Below, piece by piece: positions 38,794 to 51,966 of a stretch of DNA of 64,000 nucleotides; within the stretch, counting starts at the first letter, position 1, and the number at the start of each line of letters is the position of its first letter. This stretch comes from Podarcis melisellensis. Lineage: Eukaryota. The stretch lies in the NCBI GenBank assembly GCA_964234715.1, contig OZ174280.1; one strand, written 5' to 3'. The notes under the pieces are model-generated. The model ran no database searches. It had not been told where the DNA came from and saw only the letters and a program-made list of their open reading frames with translations. Made by a program: the position numbers and the translations under genes.

Positions 38794-39479
38794 AGTTTGT
38801 ATAGGTAACAGTGAGGTCCAACTTTCTTGGCTTGGTCCCTATATAAATTGAGGGTCAACATCAAAGGTGTCCAAAAATCTCTCAGTTGTAGGGATTTAGA
38901 GGCAGGTGTCTGAAGGGTTTCTATTTATCATCAAGGGTAAGAAGTCTGAAAAACAATACTGTAGAAGAATAGATTGTTTTAATAGTTCCTGTATACCACT
39001 TAGATGTTTTACTACAATCAAGTAGTATATAATTTTAGTTAAATAAAATAAATAGAGCAATGCAGAACTGTAACAGCTCAGTTTACCTTTCTTCTTGCTC
39101 CCAGTCCACCCCCATGAGTTTGCCTCAGTGTGAAAATTCTTGAGTGGAGGAGATGCAGGCTTTATTTTGTTTTCCTGATGTTCCCTTACCTGCTCATTTT
39201 CACATTTTATGTGCTCTTTCGCATGACGTAAAAGCCACATCTGGAAGTCTAGTTGAATCTAACAGAACTTGAGCTCTGCTTTCCATGTTTACGGTTTCCA
39301 GAAAAAAATCCATTTGCAACCATGTAACCGGGCTGGGGTAGGGTGGGAGTTTTCTGTTGCAATTTCACATGACAAAATTTGGGTCAGTACCCTGGCATAA
39401 AGTTCTTTCCTGCTGTTTAAAAATTAGTGTGACATGGCAGTGTACCAATAAAAAAGCCACAGTTCCATAATGCAACAGG

Positions 39480-39762
39480 AAAGGAAAGGGAAGGACCCCA
39501 TAATGGTTAAGTCCAGTCAAAGGTGACTTTGGGATGTGGCGCTCATCTCGCTTCAGGCCAAGGGAGCCAGCATTTGTCCACAGACAGCTTTCTGGGTCAT
39601 GTCAGCATGACTAAACTGCTTTTGACGCAATGAAACACTGTGACAGAAGCCAGAGCACATGGAAACTCCTTTTACCTTCCCGCTGCAGCAGTACCTGTTT
39701 ATCTGCTTGCACTGGTGTGCTTTCAAACTGCTAGGTTGGCAGAAGCTGGGACAGAGCAAACA
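39480..39762 (-). mobile_element. Sauria SINE, 5'-truncated
   Basis: Reverse-complement match to the 5478-5733 copy (GTTAAGTCCAGTCAAAGGTGAC...GCTCATCTC...GGGAGCCAGCATTTGTCCACAGACAGC); flanking direct repeat CAACAGG. Confidence 0.9.
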
Positions 39763-42734
39763 CAACAGGTACTGCAGTGCAAAAAGTATATTAGGAATTG
39801 GGACAGAAGGTCTAGCACTATAACTTAAAAAAGCTAATGAAATAAACCTCTTGTCTGAATGTAGTCACAGCTTCACACTAAGCTGGACACTGGGTGTATG
39901 CACCTGTTTATAGGGTCTGTAAGCCACCTACAGTAGCAGGGCACTTGCATTTTTCAAGAGAAATGTGCTGAAAGCCCTGCAAGTTCTGTGGGACACTAGG
40001 CTGTGAATCATGCAATTTGCCTCTTTATTTAATCACATTGAACTGGTTTAGTTCTCCAATGTCAACATATATTATCTACTTTAAAAAGGCGTTTTACAGG
40101 CTTAGGAGTTCTAAATATCATTTATAAATAATTAATTCCACAATTGAGCTTCATGGAAGAAGGATAGCTCTTCATTATAATACCTGTGCCTTTTGAAATA
40201 TCACTGTTATTTATTGTGGCACCTCTGTATCAGAAGGAATTAGTGTACTCTGGAGGCTACAGTGTGTAATCTTGCATCGTTTCCAACAGGAGCTGATGGA
40301 GAGACTAGCTTAAAATGGTGGGTTCTTGCCACTTAGATTTTTTTAGGAGCAGGCTAACTGCACTTGGGATGTTATGTAACCTATGTGGATCAGATTTGGC
40401 ACGATAAGTGCATGTCTTAATCCATTCTAAGCCACCGGGGCTTGTAGAGAAGTTGTAGGAGGTCGCACTTACTGGCTCAAGAATCCAGTGTGTCCCTTTG
40501 TATTCATCTTTAGAGTATCCCATTGGCCTATTTGGGGATAAGAATTGGGCCATTTTAGCTCTGTAATTCACAGCAGATTGCTATTGTATTGGGTGGAACG
40601 AGCTGCAAACCTGATCCTCCATTTGAGGAATGAGGTGGTGGTGGAAGGGCTGGAATTCTCCACCCCTCCCATATTATTTGTCAAATTATGACAAGTTAGC
40701 TGATGATATAAGATGACATAATAAAAAGCATTGCTTAATAGAGGGGTGTTGTCCCATTTCCTTTCCTACCTCTTTAACTTCAAGGGCCAATTTTATTATT
40801 TTTTAATTTTTTTTTGCAAGAGCAGTTCTGTGCAAAACAACATACATACATACATACATGTGTGTATATGTATGTATGCATTTACTGTGTAAGTGCTTTC
40901 AGCAGCAACCAGTAGAAAGAGGTGCACTTCATTCACTTCTATGAGCTGATGGAAAGAACATGACTAGATGACGAGCACCCAGCAAAATGTAATCACATTC
41001 ATTTTACAAAAACCACAACAGCACTGCAGTGCACCCACACTTGAGAAACATGGGATTTTATTTTGGATTTCCTCCTCTTATTGGATTATCGACCCATTGG
41101 GAAAATACACATTAATTGAGGGGAAGTGCAGGCTGCCACTTGGATAAGGACAGTGTCATGTGGATGATATGAAAAAACATGCATACGTGGATCGCGTCCA
41201 CTTCAAACTGCTGTGGTACATACACTGTGATTTCAAATAATGGAAGATTATTCAGTGTATATCATTTTTGATTAATGCTAGAAATGTTATACTGTACATG
41301 CAAGGTGCCAATGGAAGGAAAGGGCAAGACATGTGACCACCCCTCTTCATAAACAACCTTCTCTTCTCTGCATCTGGTTGTAACCTTTCTGACATTCAGC
41401 ATATCCCTGCCCTGCTTTGTTTTGACTCCTGACAAGCCTTTCAATTTGCTCTTTTCTTTGAAGAGCTGAGAAGTCATCAGTAGCCCCTCTCCTGCTCTCT
41501 CCTCTCAAATTATTGAGCGCTGGTGTTGAGTTTCAGCCCTGGCGGACATGAATGGGGCAGCACCATTGATCCACAGGGCTCAAGTTCAGCTGGCTGCCAG
41601 TGTGACCCTATTCCTGAGTGGGTTGTGGCTGCCTCAGCTTACAGTGGCTCTTGCTTCTTTATGCAAAGGGACAAAGGATCCTGGGGTTCTTTGTGTGTAC
41701 ATGTATGTATCTATGTGTGTGAACTGTTATTGTATCATGAGATGGAAAGGCAGGTGCCACAGCATGCCTGAAGCTGGGAGTCAGGCAGAATGAACAATAC
41801 TTGGAACAAGGCTATGCTGTGAACACTTCAAGGAAGTGTGCCTGTTTCAGTGTGCATGTGCAGCATGGGATTAGCAGCTTAAATTTAATTCCAAATATTT
41901 GCAATAAAACAAATACTGGCATTTTGTCCCTTATCCTATATTTATGTTACTTCTGTGTCTCTGCCCCCAGTTCCCTATTGCATTGAGTTCTGATTCAGAA
42001 AATCACAAAATACTCCTCACAAAAGAAAGTTACACCAGTCATCGAGGAAGGCTTTTGTATTTCTTTATTTGTAGGGATGGAAAGACTTCGAGAATGTGGG
42101 TGCTGAGAAGGAAATTGGCTCAATACTTTGTAACAACTTAGACATCTAATTGTTTGTCAGGCATCTTCGTGGGGGCAAATCCAATGGTCTAGATAAAAAG
42201 TTAGGACTTTGCAGTGCCAGGTGAGAAATGTGAAAAAGAAAGATATATCTGTACTGTATTGCTGAGTGGGACAATTACTGTGTGTAATTTTAGCCTGAAA
42301 ATAACTTCTAGATGAAGGGTGTGTTTAACTCTTTTTCTACGCAACCACTTTCTCTCAAAAACTCACCCCAACACCTGTTTCCCCTCTACCCCCACAGAGT
42401 TCCTGATCCATATTTGAGAGGTTTACATGGTTTTACAACCCTATGAAGAAGAGGAAGCAAGTGGGAGTGGTGGTGGATTTCCTCTCCTGTAGCTTTGTCT
42501 ATATGAATCACCATTTTCTCAGGGTCCATTACAATATAGTTGCAGTATAATGCATAATTTGGCCCTTTGTAGATCTCTGGGTTCCATTCTTACTTGTTGT
42601 TAAATCTGTCTCCAAAATCTTTGACCTTGCTGCATATCTTTATACCACCACATCTAATCTGGTCCAAGATCAAAGGTTGGCTTTTTAGAGAAGTTCAAAT
42701 GCAAGCTTATGAAAGATAGAGTGGTTTGTTTCCT

Positions 42735-43101
42735 TAATAATAATAATAATAATGAATAATAAATTTATACCCCACCCATCTGGCTGGGCTTCCCCAGCCA
42801 CTCTGGGCGGCTTCCAACAAAATATTAAAATGCAGTAATGCATCAAACATTAAAAGCTTCCCTAAACAGGGCTGCCTTCAGATGTCTTCTAAAAGTCTGG
42901 TAGTTGTTGTTCTCTTTGACATCTGGTGGGAGGGCGTTCTACAGGGCGGGTGCCACTACTGAGAAGGCCCTCTGCCTGGTTCCTGGAACCACCAGAAGGC
43001 CCTCAGTGCTGGACCTCAGTGTCCAGGTAGAACAATGGGGGTGGAGACGCTCCTTCAGGTATACTGGACCAAGGCCATTTAGGGCTTTAAAGGTCAGCAC
43101 C
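42735..43101 (-). mobile_element. Young L2 LINE 3' fragment
   Basis: (TAA)n tail, then ATACCCCACCCATCTGGCTGGGCTTCCCCAGCCACTCTGGGCGGC...GGGAGGGCGTTCTACAGGGCGGGTGCCACTACTGAGAAGGCCC; a short copy of the same tail is at about 138-181. Confidence 0.88.
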
Positions 43102-43613
43102 TTTAAAGTTGTAATGTATTTTGCAATTCTTGATTCTCCTAATAGAAGTCAATGTTGAATCCCTTCCATCTTCTTTATAGTCCAGTCCAAGGAATTCCCT
43201 TTTTATTTTCCTCAGTACATTTCTGTTTTTGTACATTAACCATAGTCTAAGCAAAGTAATAAATCTAAGCACACACATATTCCTTGCTGTACAGCCTCTG
43301 AAAAATAGAGAAAAGTGTTCTTTTTCTTTTTTGCTATAGGTCCTGCTGCCAGAAATAGTTGACTGACCAGTCAATGAGAGCTGTTTTTTATAGCTTCCCC
43401 CCTGTTGTTTGGGACAGCAAGACTTTAGTCTAGAATCACAGGGAAGTATTTCACATTGATTAGCTAGTCAGTGAGGAAAGATGCCTAAAGCAAGATAAAA
43501 TAAGGTAAATAACTAGTTTTGAGAAAGTCAGTAGAGAACAGCTGTAGACACTTCCATGTGTTGCTTGGAAATGATATTTTCTACCTCACTCTGCCAATGG
43601 AGCTAGCAAACAA

Positions 43614-44175
43614 TGTGTTGTTGGCATCCATTTACCCTGAGAGACAATGGAGTGTGCCTCCAAGAGTGAAGTAAAGCCACTGTGTTAGCAACACTGAAGT
43701 GACCTCCCCAGGGCACAAGCCTGGGCAGTGTATATGGAGGTCCTGGGCAGCCCAGATGACAACCCTCCTCTTGGCCTTGCTGATGTGGTCCAAAGGAAAG
43801 CAGAGCAATATGTTTGGCACCTTTTTGGTTGCAGGAGTTGCTGGAAAGATGTGTACAAGGTGCCATCCAACTGTCTTATCGACTCCATTCCAGATTTGTT
43901 TAGGATTTACTTACTAGCTTTTGCTTCTCCTGAAGATATCCTGCAAGGCAGCAGAGGTTTAGGATCAGAATTTTCCTTCTCCTAGATGGGCTGATGAACC
44001 CTATCTGCACCTCACTTCCCTCCATAGCACGTGCAGAAATCACCTCCTTGACTGGTGGATCCACTCAATCCACTGGAGCCTGTTTTCACATGGGGGGGGG
44101 GAAGTCCCTAACTCACCAAGGATCTGACACCAATCGGCTACCCTCACCTGGTTTAGCCGACCAGTTGAAGCCCCA
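43614..44175 (-). mobile_element. Non-autonomous RTE-derived element (5' UTR joined to 3' end)
   Basis: Left end GAGAGACAATGGAGTGTGCCT resembles the 3' ends of the RTE copies at 50080 and 60100; internal TTTTCCTTCTCCTAGATGGGCTG is typical of RTE 5' UTRs; no RT coding sequence. Confidence 0.6.
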
Positions 44176-45395
44176 TCCTGCTATTCACTGATGTTTCTCC
44201 CGTACTGGCCAAACCTGGAGACAGAGGGTGGAATTCAGTATCATGCTATTACAAATGTTCTGTCTGCATAAGTATATCTTCTTGCTAGATTAAACAATCC
44301 CCCCCATATGCTGTACCGGGGGTTCTTCTGACCCTCCTGTCAATTTCTTGGGGGGCACACTGTGGGGAGATGAGAGAAAGCTCTAAAGTGCAAGCAGAAG
44401 TCCTTAGGCAGCGCTTCTGCTGATGAGGTTCATTAAATGACTCCTGCTCAGTGTTTTAGTCTGGGTAAATGTTTGGCCCAGCAGGGCTGTTCTTGTGTAT
44501 ATGATGTGAAATTGAGTAGCTCTCAGTTCAACTAGAACTGTGGGTTTGCCTGGCCATACCTATCACATTCGTTATATCAGGAGCTTCTCTCTTGGGCTTG
44601 TTTTGCTCATGTTTCTAAGGGGGGAGAGTGCAGCTGTAGTGGTGACAGGTTTTGCAGCTGGCCTGGGTGGACCCAAACACGTGCTTTTAAGAGGAAGGAA
44701 AAAGTGCAGCTTTTATTAAACAATAGCATATCTTCAAATTGGATTATGGCAAATTTTCAGGGACACCACAGCATTGATTGGCTGGCCTGGAGTGGGAGAG
44801 GCTATGCATAGGCACGCCAGCGCGTGTGCAATCGGATCTCTTCCATTAGACTGATCAATAACTGCTGTGCAAGGGTGGTGGTGGTGTGGAGTGTTGACAA
44901 AACTGAATAAATATAGATGTGAGAGCTGAGAAATTGCATTACAACCAGAGGGTCCAAGCACAACACACATAACCCTTTCACCTCGCCACCCAGATTCCTG
45001 GGAGGGTTAACTCTTTCAAGGGCAGGGGCATGGCACTGGAAGAACCAAAGGTAAAGAAACACTACAGTATGTCACAGACCGGGCGTCCCAGACCCTTCAG
45101 CTTTTTTGACAACTGCTCCTTGCTTGCTATCCTTTTTTCTCTTGTCTTCCCATCTGATGAGAGAAGCCCTACACATCAAGTGAGGGAGTAGAGAACCCAG
45201 TCTACCCTCCCATTGCTTTATCCTTTCAAGACGCAGCCTCTGCCTTCTTCAGGATTTACCTCTACCTCATTTCCATGACTTCCTCTAAGACTGACAAGCA
45301 TCAGGAGGCATCTGGAAGCCTGCAGCCTTTTATCATGCCCATTGTAACTCACCTTCAGAACCACCCCTCCAAGCTGATTACCAGTTGAGCTACTT

Positions 45396-45428
45396 GCAAG
45401 CAAGCAAGCAAGCAAGCGAGCAAGCAAA
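45396..45428. repeat. (GCAA)n tetranucleotide repeat
   Basis: About 8 units, one imperfect. Confidence 0.9.
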
Positions 45429-48400
45429 CAATCTAGCAGCTGCTTCTCCACACACTCCATTGCCATGGATGTCATGCTGTGGAGTTCTGTTTTCCAACTC
45501 TGCCACTCTGGGCTACAATTATTTTGCTCTGCAAATGCTTGGTCAAGAATCAGTTCAGCAGGGATGAAGGAGTGAGAGCCTGTCCCTGGCAAAAGCCAGG
45601 GTTATTATTTCACACCAGTCAACATACTGCTCAGTAAGTAGGAGAACATGGTGTTGAATTGCCATGCTAATGATTCCAAGTTCCTGTCGAGTAGTGGGAA
45701 TGATTTGGACTAAGATGTGTGGTGTATATATTTTGTGTCTGTGTGCCTACAGTGAGCTCACATTGCAAACCATGCTTACTGAGGTCTACACCTACAGGCG
45801 TTGTTTTTATAAAAAAAGAAATACAAGTTGCATCAATGTCCCACTAGGTGGTAAACTTGCTTCCGTTTGCACCTGCTGCAGATTCTCTTCTCTCAACACC
45901 CTGTGACCTAAACAAGTCCTGCTGAGGCAGCCATATTGGGCCATCTCTAATTAGTGTTCATTGAACACTGTTTTGCTTTGGCCAGACAACACAGCAGTGA
46001 CCTCTTGACCTTTCATTTTGGTTCAGAGCCCCCTGACAGCTGTGAACCCTGGGAATGTCTTCTGCTCTATTCCCCTCCCCCTGTCTCATCCTTCTCACCC
46101 AGTGGCCCCAGCCATGCTTGGATGAAGGTGCTGACTGGGGTGGCATGTAGGCCAGGAGATAGCATCTGCCTCCGTAAGCTCTTTCCTGAATATGATTTAA
46201 AGTAATAAGTGAGGAGGAAACCTGTAATAAAGTCAGCAGCACTTTGCTCATTAAGGGGAAAAAGACTATGCTGGGCTAGGAATAATATAAATTAGACAGA
46301 TATATGAGGAGCCGGGAAGCCTTTCGGAGATATATATGGTGCCTCCAAGATGGATAAATGGGAAAAGCAGCATCCACACTTTTGGCAAAAAAGAGATTTT
46401 GGGGGTAGAGTGGGATGGGCCTGAAGCCATTATGTAAACTAGGGTGACATTACCAAGAAAGGCACACTTCCAAAACAATCTGATAATATCATTCATAGAT
46501 AACTGATAACTGATCCCTCAGGGACTGGCATGTTTAAGGTTGTTTTGTGGTATATAGTTCCAAGAATGGTGCTGTTTGGGCTTAGCTTATCCTGCCAAGC
46601 TCAGAGAATGACACCGGTGTATTATAACTTTTGTGCTCCTGGGTTATAGTTGGCCCAACTTTTCTCATGGTTGATTCTCAGCTTGCTTCCTTAGTACCCC
46701 TCCCCCTCCCTGCCCAAGTTAAATATAGCAGCTGACTTTGGAGGTGATTAGTAATAAAAATTTAACAAGCGTCTATATGAACGTCTTTCTGTCACTTTTA
46801 TGAGGCCATTTACCGCTGGGGAGATATACCTTCCATTTCCCCCTCACAAGAAGTTCCAAAGCTCAGAGGCAGCATACCGTATGGCCAGCCCTCCTCACTT
46901 TGACAGGTAGTGGAGGAAAGGAAAGCAACATACCCACCTTGCATTCCGAGCCAACACTGCCATCTCCCTCTGCACAGACTTTCAGGTGTTCTCCATTCTC
47001 CAGTGTGCATGGCTCTGACAAAAATCAATGAAGCAGCATAAGATGCCTTCTACTCCTCTTGCCTTCCTTCAGTCTTTGTTTCTGTTTTGAAGAGCCACCT
47101 TCTACTGGATAGCCCTTGCAGAGGTGAAGGTAGATCTGGATCTACTGGTAGATCTCTAGGTGATTTGCAGAAGATAGATAAGGCTATCTGACTTCAAATA
47201 GTGTAACAACAGCAGCAACAGAATTCACCCCCTCCACTCTGAATTATACTGCTGAAATGAAGAAAGCTTAGGGTAATTAGGAGTGTTATTTGTATGTAGA
47301 AGGGCTATGGTATCAGGTCAGGTCTGTATTCAAAAGCAAATTTATGGGCTCAGAATGATTCAATCCTAAATGTATGTCTTTTGCACTTGGCTCTGGATGA
47401 TGGAATTGAAGTCTGCTTACCCCTTAGATCATTAACATACATAGATGAGTAATGACTCTAATATGAAGAATTGCTATGAGTACAATGGTAATGCTGGAGT
47501 ATTCAGGTGTCTTCCTATTCTGTCCCTTGGACAGAAGTCCCACATGGCTTATATACAGTTTTGGGTTGTTTTTATGCTTTGAAAGCACTGCACTTCTTTC
47601 ATACTTGTATTAATTAGCATTTATAAGATTGTGGTCCATGTTGCACAAATTGGTATTTTGGGAATATAGGCTGAGTTGATCTGGGTAGCATTTGGCCCTG
47701 TCCTGTTTTGGCTAGGGTGGAAAGCCTGTGGGATACCAGAAGTGGAATCCTACTTTCTCCCCTTCCAATTGGCTCAGGGGTTGAGAGAACCCGCAGAACA
47801 TCATGCCAGGGGAGGAGATGGAAGATTGTTCCATCAGGCAAGCTGAACCAAATGCATGAGCTGAGGGAACAATTGTCATAACACTGTTGAATATATTCAA
47901 CCTGAAGAGGTGAAAGTGAGCAGGAGTTGGAAGAGAGTTGCAAGTAATGAATCACCAGCATATCAGGAAGCAGAGCAGAAAGGTATCATGCACCTATATC
48001 AGTAGCTGCTCTTCAGAACCTAGGATAGCTCAGAGAGTGGCACTGACATTTATCTGACAAAAGCTGAAACTTGATGGCAACTGCACTAAACCTAGTCCCA
48101 CAGGTGCAGTTGATGGAATTTAAAGGACCTGGTTTGTTGGAGTGAAGCTGTGTCAGTGAATGACAGGACACATGGTCCAGGGTACTTATCAGAGCCACCC
48201 TGTCTGCTTAGTTCCTCCTTGTCTTTCATTCATGGCACCCCTGGTCTCCCTTTGCCAGCAGTACCATGCAAACTGTGTCATGTTTTATTTAAGGGAGGCT
48301 GTACATGCTGTTTTGCCAGGCATGTGACTATGTCTAGGAGCCCTTTGAGTATAGGGAGATACTAATTGCAATGGGCTTTTTCCATGGCAATATGGGGTAG

Positions 48401-48619
48401 AAACTGGGATATAGGAAGACTGACTTAGAAGTAGACAGAGAGAAGTATGGCTCTGCCTATGCTGTAGAACGTATGATCATTCTAGCCTCATTCTGCTGCT
48501 CCAGGAGGAGGTCAAGAAGGCAAAGTTACCAGAGAGGTGAATTATCAGAGGGAGTGGTAACAATGGGTCAGGCAGCTCCAAGCAGGGGGTAATAGAGTTA
48601 AGGGGCAGCATCTTGTGGG

Positions 48620-48880
48620 GAGCCCGGCATTAAAGCAATGAGTAGAGCTTAATCTGCCCCGAGCAAGGGCAGCGAGGTCTTTAATATTATGTCAGGCACA
48701 TGGGCTGCGCTGGCGGGCTATCCTTCACAGCAGCTAATGCCACTGGGATAACTGAATTAGCCCCTTTTCTGACGGGGAGAGCATGGGGTTGGCGGCCGGG
48801 CGATCGTGCCTTGCAGCTGCGAGAGAAGCGAGCAATGGACTGCAAATTCAATCAGGTGAGCGGGACCGAAGGACGCAGGT
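48620..48880. promoter_or_regulatory. CpG-rich putative conserved regulatory element
   Basis: Many CpGs in about 260 bp against a CpG-depleted background; TAAT/ATTA cores and TGTCAG; no TE hallmarks. Confidence 0.45.
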
Positions 48881-49193
48881 GTTCCCTCACTTCTAAGCAA
48901 CCTCTTCTCCAGCCCACCAGGCTTCATTCCAGTCCTAAGAGTCCTGATGCTCAGCCCCTGTCCTATTCCAAGCCACTAGAACCTGACTTTGGCTTCCAGT
49001 ACTTCTCACCCCCTTTCTCCTCCCAGTGAATGCAGCAGTTCTAGTATTCTAGTATTCTGCGCCTCTCACTCTGCAATAATTAAGGACGTCTTGTCTGATT
49101 CTCTCAGTTTTCTGAAAGTGATTTAGCTAAGAGGATAGTAGTTTCATCTTGGTTATCAGGAGAGGGAACCCAAGCAACTCCCAAGCAGAAATA

Positions 49194-49451
49194 CAGTGGT
49201 ACCTTGGGTTACAGACACTTCAGGTTACAGATGCTTCAGGTTACAGATGCTTCAGGTTACAGACTCCGCTAACCCAGAAATAGTACCTCAGGTTAAGAAC
49301 TTTGCTTTAGGATGAGAATAGAAATTGTGCGGCGGCAGCACAGTGGCAGTGGGAGGCCCCATTAGCTAAAGTGGTACCTCAGGTTAAGAACAGTTTCAGG
49401 TTAAGAATGGACCTCCGGAACGAATTAAGTTCTTAACCCAAGGTACCGCTG
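49194..49451. mobile_element. Tc1/mariner (Tigger/pogo-like) MITE
   Basis: TIRs CAGTGGTACCTTGGGTTA / TAACCCAAGGTACCGCTG; TA TSD on both sides; internal 16-bp tandem repeat. Confidence 0.92.
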
Positions 49452-50077
49452 TATTGCTGATTATGGAGTTCAAGTGCCCTGGATGCTAGTTCCTCCTTGC
49501 TTACTGTTGTTTTCAATTGTAGGGCTATTTTTGTTTCATGTCATGTGGGTTGGATATGAGAGAGAAAAAACACTAAATAATAATTGTGACAGCTGTGGTG
49601 TTTCCCATTCTTTCATGGGATTCTGCTGTTCTGCCTAAGCTGAGCCAAACCGCGCCCCCCCCCCCATCGTAAGTTAAGTAGATTGTTAGGATTGTTGTTT
49701 CTCACAGAGGGTGAGGAACTGGATCCAGCTGGTGATCTGGATAATTACTTCGCCCACAGAACAACTTTGACAGGTGGGTTGAGCCACCCACGTGTTGATC
49801 ACCTGATGTTATTATGGCACCAAGGGAAAACTTCAAAGCTGTTTTCGGTAACCCCAAACCAGCTGATCAGTAGTTACAGTGAGTTGCTTTGAAGTTTGTT
49901 TGTGGGGTGGTTTGGATTCCAACAACTCCTGCAAACAGACACTTTTCCTCTGCAGATCTGCAAGCAGGCTGTAAACAGACAAAGTGGGGCTTGCAGAAAG
50001 CTCATTTGAAGGCACATTGTCAGTGCCAGTCAGTTTATCAACACTGACAAGAGTCCCATTGACTGCTCTGGTTGGTT

Positions 50078-50560
50078 GGCTCCTGTCTGTCTTGGGAGAC
50101 AATGAAAGATGTGTGAAGTCAAACTGTTGGATCGTTACAGCACCTGCTTTGACCGTAGAGACCAATATGGGAGAGACATGTTTTGTTGCAGCTGGGGCAG
50201 ATGAAGGCATCCGGTTGTACTGTTGCAGGTGTACCATGCATTTCTTCTTTCTGCACTCCTTCCAGTGGTCATTCCTCCTCTAGTCTTTGCTGTGGATACG
50301 CAAGATCCAGGTTTTGTGGTTGTCTGCAAGGGATTGCCGCATGGTGGGGTTAATGTTGCCAGCCGTCATGTCACGTTTACAGACATCTTTGTAACACAGA
50401 GTTGGTCTGCCAATGGCCTGCTCCCCATAGAGAAGCCAGCTCCCCAAAGAGCATGTCCTTGGGGATCCTGCCATCTTCCATTCTGTGGGCATGACCAAGC
50501 CAGCATAGATGTTGCTGAGACAGGAATGCAAACATGCTGGGAATATGTGCTTGGAGAGTT
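50078..50560 (-). mobile_element. RTE-clade LINE 3' fragment (non-BovB)
   Basis: Minus-strand WLGHAHRMEDGRIPKDMLFGELAS...IGRPTLCYKDVCKRDM...NINP plus a C-terminal CPSCNKTC..H zinc-finger remnant. Confidence 0.9.
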
Positions 50561-50658
50561 CCCAATGGGGAACTCCTAGTGCTTCCAATCAGCTGGTTGT
50601 TCCTTTGCAGGTGGGACTCGCTGCCAGCACCAATCGGGAGCTCACTTTAAGTTCCCAA

Positions 50659-50955
50659 ATATTATTACTATTATTTATTCAATTTGTTTACCGCCCTTCA
50701 TCTCAAGAGCCCAAGTCGGTTCACAACATAAAAATACAAAATGAGAATCCAAAATATATAAAAAACCAAAAACAAATCAATAACCCCTTCCCACAAACCT
50801 GTTTAAAAAGCCATAGAATGTTAATCAACTAAAGGCCTTGTTATAGAGATACATTTTCGCCTAGGGTCTAAAGATATGTAATGAAGGCACCAGGCAAGCC
50901 TCCCTGGGGAGAGCATTCTACAGTTAGGGAGGTACTGCAGAAAATGGTCCCATGT
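50659..50955 (-). mobile_element. L2 LINE 3' fragment
   Basis: (TTA)n tail, TTTGTTTACCGCCCTTCATC, and GAAGGCACCAGGCAAGCCTCCCTGGGGAGAGCATTCTACAG. Confidence 0.75.
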
Positions 50956-51348
50956 GCACCCTTGTGAAAAGACCCAGAACACACACACAAACCCTAAAGG
51001 AGCGTTCACTTGCATACTCAGTCTTCTCCCTTGAGATGAGAACTGTGTAACTGACTAGACGCCTGATTCTTTAAAAGCAGAGCAGGAGTGGTGTGTTAAG
51101 TGTTGGCCAGCATCTTTGCTTATGCCTAGCCATATATCTTAGAATTCTGCTGATGAACCGTTGAACCTTGTATCCTGTACTTAAGAGTTGATGCTGAGAC
51201 TGAGTGGTGATTTCATCAGTTAAGTTTTGGAATTTCCTGAGCCAAGAGTCTGAGTCTTTCATTTGATGATGGGAGCCAGGACAAGCTTAGTCTAGGCCTG
51301 TTTCCTACCTCACCTCACCCCTTTTTGTTCATGTGCAGGTATTCTAAC

Positions 51349-51655
51349 TAGGCCTGGACGATATATTAATACATCATCCAGGACCAGTTTGAGGGCCAGA
51401 TTGCAATGACGCCTTCACCTAGCGGTATGTCATGGGTGGGGCTTGCCTGCCGCCTGGCACCTTACCTTCCTTTCCCTGCTGCCTCCTTCCTCCCTGCCAG
51501 GCGCTGGCTGTGTTGAGAGTGAGGCAGTTTCACCCGAGCGCCCTGTGGGGCCAGGGCCTATGCTTCTTGTTCCCCTCTCCACACCAGACACTGGGAGTGG
51601 TGGTGGTTTTACATGATACATTGTGATATTGAAAACCTGATATTGCCCAGCCCTA
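51349..51655. mobile_element. hAT MITE
   Basis: TIRs TAGGCCTGGACGATATA / GATATTGCCCAGCCCTA (13/17); TSD ATTCTAAC / ATTCAACC (6/8). Confidence 0.75.
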
Positions 51656-51966
51656 ATTCAACCTAGGGCTCCTTGAAAAATCTGTCTTATGTTCCTCAGG
51701 TCTGCACTGCGGTAACAGTGCCCTGCCGGTAAACCTTTAAAAGGAAATACAGTGAGGGAGGAATACATTGGAATTTAATCTTATTTGTATTATTTGCAAG
51801 GAGGATATTACTGTGTCAAGTATTTTCAGTTCAATAATATGTATCATTTAGTCAAAGGACCCCTTGACAGGTGATGATTTCATACATTTAGACATAGGAA
51901 AACTGCATGTAAATCATCATATGTGACAAGCATATGTATTTCTGTTGCCTTTCTTAACATCCTGAA

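Noticed and set aside
47899-47930. CTGAAGA...GAAA hammerhead-like spacing
   Set aside because: No stem II or stem III and no UH cleavage triplet in register.
51660-51735. Possible micro-exon (CCTCAG|GTCTGCACTGCG...|GTAAAC)
   Set aside because: Weak polypyrimidine tract and weak donors; peptide unrecognised.
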